Assembly: GCA_040380025.1 (NCBI GenBank)
Contig: JBEIJY010000002.1
Coordinates: 1-64,000 of the forward strand
Origin: Bdellovibrionales bacterium
Lineage (GTDB): Bacteria > Bdellovibrionota > UBA1018 > CAIMNF01
Reading direction: 5' to 3'
Length of the DNA: 64,000 bases
Shown: in pieces, positions 58,686 to 64,000 of the stretch
Numbering within the stretch: position 1 is the stretch's first letter
How the letters are laid out: every line of letters starts with the position of its first letter
Notes under the pieces: model-generated
Database searches by the model: none
What the model was told of the DNA's origin: nothing
Seen by the model: only the letters and a program-made list of their open reading frames with translations
Translations under genes and position numbers: made by a program

Positions 58686-59819
58686 TTGAAGGTCCTGTTT
58701 TTGGTGCTGGTAGGGCTGGTCGCGCTCACTCGCACCACCTTAGCTCAGGAGCAACGCTTTCAAAAGCTCGGGGTGAAGCTCGACCCGTGGGCCGAGACGC
58801 AGATCGCGTTCTGGAAGACCGTTTACGCCGGAACCGCGAGCGGTGAATTTCTCATTCATGATTCGATGAATCTCGGGCATGTGTATCGGACGGTTGCGGG
58901 TGAGGATTCCGCTCGAAAGGCACGAGTGCAGGTGGCGGGCGATCTGGCCCGGATCGCGAGTCTGGGGCCGGCGCCGATCACGCGCGAGCGCTTGCCTCCC
59001 GCGCTTTTGCCTCTGTTTTCGGCGCTCGGAGCGATCGAGGCTCCGTCGGCCTATCGATTTGCCTCGAACTTGGAGCGGATCCGCATCCAAGCCGGACTGA
59101 AAGAGCGCGTGGATGCGGCTTTTCGGAACTCGAAGCCCTACTGGAAGCGCATGCGCGAGATTCTCGAAGAGGAGGGGGTGCCGAAAGAGCTTTTGTTGCT
59201 GTCGTTTGTCGAGAGCGCCTTTGATCATGAGGCACGATCGCATGCGGGGGCGGCGGGGATCTGGCAGTTCATGCCAAAAACCGCGATGACGGATCTTCGG
59301 GTCACCCGCTCGATCGACGAGCGCCATGACCCGCTGAAGTCCACGCGCGCGGCAGGGCGGTTTTTGCGAAGGAATTTTGAGCGATTCCGGAACTGGGGCC
59401 TTGCGGTCATGGCGTATCACCACGGCCCGGGCCTCGTCGATCGCGCCATCCGCAAGGTAGGGAGCCGGGATCCCGTTGCGATCATCCGGACCTTCAAGCA
59501 TCGGGACTTCCGCTTCGCGTCCCGCAATTACCTGTTCGAGTTTCTCGCGATGTGCGATGTCGATTCGGCAAGGGGCTCGATTCTGGAGCCGGGGCACGAG
59601 GCGCCCCTTCCCGCGTTCATCACGGTGAGTTTCGAAAAACGCGTGACCATGCGGGAGCTGGCACAGCGATATCGGTTTAACGAGTCGATGACCCGGATGC
59701 TGAATCCGCACTTTCGCAGCCCGATCTGGAGCAACCACGAAACCATTCCTCCGCATTATCCGGTTCGACTGGCGGGGATAACGCTTGAGGAGTTCCGCCG
59801 CGTTGAGTATCGTGAATGA
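58686..59819 (+). CDS. Lytic transglycosylase (SLT/MltD-like)
   Basis: VESAF...ARSHAGAAGIWQFM, DERHDP, AYHHG; start could be 58650. Confidence 0.88.
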   Translation: MKVLFLVLVGLVALTRTTLAQEQRFQKLGVKLDPWAETQIAFWKTVYAGTASGEFLIHDSMNLGHVYRTVAGEDSARKARVQVAGDLARIASLGPAPITRERLPPALLPLFSALGAIEAPSAYRFASNLERIRIQAGLKERVDAAFRNSKPYWKRMREILEEEGVPKELLLLSFVESAFDHEARSHAGAAGIWQFMPKTAMTDLRVTRSIDERHDPLKSTRAAGRFLRRNFERFRNWGLAVMAYHHGPGLVDRAIRKVGSRDPVAIIRTFKHRDFRFASRNYLFEFLAMCDVDSARGSILEPGHEAPLPAFITVSFEKRVTMRELAQRYRFNESMTRMLNPHFRSPIWSNHETIPPHYPVRLAGITLEEFRRVEYRE

Positions 59820-59826
59820 AACACTT

Positions 59827-60447
59827 ATGTCGATGTACATCATTGGGATCGCCGGAGGCTCCGGGTCCGGCAAAACCACGTTCACCCGAAAAGTCCTGAA
59901 CCAGGTCAACCACCCGCAGGTGGGGGTCCTTCATCAGGACTCGTATTACCTCCCCCGTCCTCCCACTCACCTGAAGATCAACGACGAACTGAACTTCGAT
60001 CATCCTGATGCGTTCGACTGGGAGCTCTTCCGCGCCCATCTTGCGATTCTTCGTGAGGGCAAGGGCATCGACTCGCCGGTCTATGATTATGCGAAATCCC
60101 GGCGGACACCGAAGACCGAACCGGTGGGGCCCTGCAAAATCCTGATCGTCGAGGGGATTTTCGCGCTGTGGGATGAGGTGATCCGGAGCGCGTTCGATCT
60201 CAAGTTTTATCTGCATGTCGAGTCCGACATCCGCTTCATCCGCCGGCTGTTCCGCGACCTGAAGGATCGCGAGCGGACGCTCGATGAGATCATCCGGCAA
60301 TACTATGATACCGTAAGACCCATGCACCAACTCTATCTGGAACCCACCCGGCAGTATGCGGACATCATCGTCGGAGAAGAAACCGACACCGCGGCCTCGA
60401 TGCTTGCGGCGATGATCAAACAAAAACTGACCGAGTTCGAATCATGA
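59827..60447 (+). CDS. udk: Uridine kinase
   Basis: GIAGGSGSGKTT, QDSYY, NFDHPDAFD, IRRLFRD. Confidence 0.95.
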   Translation: MSMYIIGIAGGSGSGKTTFTRKVLNQVNHPQVGVLHQDSYYLPRPPTHLKINDELNFDHPDAFDWELFRAHLAILREGKGIDSPVYDYAKSRRTPKTEPVGPCKILIVEGIFALWDEVIRSAFDLKFYLHVESDIRFIRRLFRDLKDRERTLDEIIRQYYDTVRPMHQLYLEPTRQYADIIVGEETDTAASMLAAMIKQKLTEFES

Positions 60448-62111
60448 GGGGCGCGATCCGCATCACTCCGTACGGAGGCCTCGGCGAGATCGGCATGAAC
60501 TGCATGCTGATCGAGACCGCCACCACCGCGATCCTGATCGACTGCGGGCTCATGTTCTCGGAGCTCGATCATTTCGGGGTCGAGTTCGTGATTCCGAACT
60601 TCTCGCATCTTCTGCAAAAAAAAGGCAAGATCCGCGCGATTTTCGCCACCCACGGCCACGAGGACCACATCGGTGCGATCCCCTTCGCCCTGAAGGCCGG
60701 CGTGCGCGCGCCCATTTACGCCTCGCACTTCACGAGTCTGATGGTTCGCGAGCGGCTGAAGGAGGCGGGACACGAGAACACCGTTCCTTTGAATGTCATG
60801 AACCCGGGCGCTCCGATCACGATCGGCGATCTGACCGTGACCCCGAACACCGTGAACCATTCGATCATCGATGCGATGGCGCTGTTCATCGACACCCCGA
60901 TCGGCAAGATCATCCACACGGGGGACTTCAAGATCGATCCCTCGCCCCATTTCGGCGATGTGATGGAGTGGGATGCCTTCCGGAAGGCCGGCGAAGACGG
61001 GGTTTTGCTGTTGATGTCGGATTCGACGAATGTCGAGCGTGACGAGCATGCGATCCAGGACGAGGCGATCTCGATGCGTCTCGAAGAGGTCCTCCGGACG
61101 GCCCGGGGGCTCACGCTGATTTCGATGTTTTCGTCGAACGTCGGGCGGATGGCGAACATCTTTCGCATCGCCTCGCGCATGGGCAAGAAGATCGCCCTCA
61201 CGGGACGAAGCATGGAGCAAAACGTGCGTCTTGCGATGGAGCACGGAGCGATTTCGATTCCGCGCGAGAGCTTCATTCCGATCCACGAAATCGACCAGTA
61301 TGACCGGAACCGGGTGCTCGTGCTCTCGACCGGCTGTCAGGGCGAGCCGCGCTCGGCCCTGAACCGCATCGCGCACGACGAGCATGCCCATGTGTCGCTC
61401 ACGCCCGATGATCTTGTGATTCTGAGCTCCTCGCAGATTCCGGGCAACGATGTCGCGATCAGCAAGCTCATCAACGAGCTGTTCCGGCGCGGGGCCCATG
61501 TGTTGTACGACGCGATCGATGATGTGCACACGAGCGGACACGCCACGCGTCCCGAGCTGAAGAAGATGCTCGAGATGGTGAAGCCGAAGTTTTTCGTGCC
61601 CGTTCACGGCGAATACCGGCACCTCGTGCATCATGGCGATCTTGCGAAAGAAGCGGGTGTTCGCGAAGAGAACATCTCGGTCATTCAGAACGGCGAGGTC
61701 ATCGAGATCTCGGACGAGGGCATTCGCATGGTCGAAGAGGTGAGCGAGCTTCGCTTGCTTGTGAACGGCCGCGACGGGGTCGAAGTCACGAAGGATGTGC
61801 TTCGGGACCGCAAGCGCTTGGCCGAGACCGGCGTGGTGTTCTGCATGATCGCGCGCGAGAAGGAATCCGGAAAGCTCCTGACGAAGCCCGAGATCCACGC
61901 AAAGGGGCTCATCAATGCCTCGTTCGAGACCTGGCTGGTCGATGAGGCCCTGAAGGTCGTCGACGGATTGGTCCAGGCCTACCGGCGGGATCTTCGCCGG
62001 GGCGTGGTCGATCCCGACTTCGCCGAGAACATCCGGATCGAACTCCGGCGCTTTTTTGATCGGAATACCGGCAAAAAACCCACGGTGGTGCCGGTGATTC
62101 TGGATGTGTAA
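60444..62111 (+). CDS. rnj: Ribonuclease J
   Basis: [34 protein letters not shown]. Confidence 0.95.
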   Translation: MRGAIRITPYGGLGEIGMNCMLIETATTAILIDCGLMFSELDHFGVEFVIPNFSHLLQKKGKIRAIFATHGHEDHIGAIPFALKAGVRAPIYASHFTSLMVRERLKEAGHENTVPLNVMNPGAPITIGDLTVTPNTVNHSIIDAMALFIDTPIGKIIHTGDFKIDPSPHFGDVMEWDAFRKAGEDGVLLLMSDSTNVERDEHAIQDEAISMRLEEVLRTARGLTLISMFSSNVGRMANIFRIASRMGKKIALTGRSMEQNVRLAMEHGAISIPRESFIPIHEIDQYDRNRVLVLSTGCQGEPRSALNRIAHDEHAHVSLTPDDLVILSSSQIPGNDVAISKLINELFRRGAHVLYDAIDDVHTSGHATRPELKKMLEMVKPKFFVPVHGEYRHLVHHGDLAKEAGVREENISVIQNGEVIEISDEGIRMVEEVSELRLLVNGRDGVEVTKDVLRDRKRLAETGVVFCMIAREKESGKLLTKPEIHAKGLINASFETWLVDEALKVVDGLVQAYRRDLRRGVVDPDFAENIRIELRRFFDRNTGKKPTVVPVILDV

Positions 62112-62152
62112 AGACTCTGGGATTGATCTTTCAGATTTGCTACAGTGCCCCC

Positions 62153-64000
<1,848 letters not shown>

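Overview
GC-rich bacterial chromosomal segment of mostly core genes. Gene content and order (rpsF-rpsR-DUF2232-rplI-dnaB without ssb, Bat/MoxR operon, RNase J, GTP-PEPCK, STAS/HATPase pair) suggest a Bdellovibrionota or delta-proteobacterial-like organism; this is inference. Contents: FadF-like Fe-S protein with etfBA, moxR-DUF58-batA-batB/C-batD, dnaB, ribosomal proteins, tatC, M16 peptidase, maf, yggS, two DksA/TraR paralogues, dacB, pckG, glutamine synthetase III, rlmL, rsmE, udk, rnj and a partial leuS. Accessory material: three stand-alone toxin-antitoxin cassettes (HigBA-like, AbiEi/AbiEii, RHH/RelE), each with an operator-like palindrome, and three membrane glycosyltransferase modules. 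I saw no CRISPR array, rRNA, tRNA, integrase or transposase. Most notable unexplained signals: (1) a small Cys/His protein gene behind a sigma28-like promoter, followed by a ~135-nt strongly structured + strand RNA-like region (39431-39853); (2) an orphan STAS-zinc-ribbon / RsbW-like kinase partner-switching pair (24672-26119); (3) a 133-bp element with 41-bp inverted arms and internal GGAT-containing hairpins (25-157); (4) recurrent -10 boxes 5-8 nt before start codons, suggesting widespread leaderless mRNAs. All calls come from reading motifs by eye; no database search was run and many start codons are estimates.
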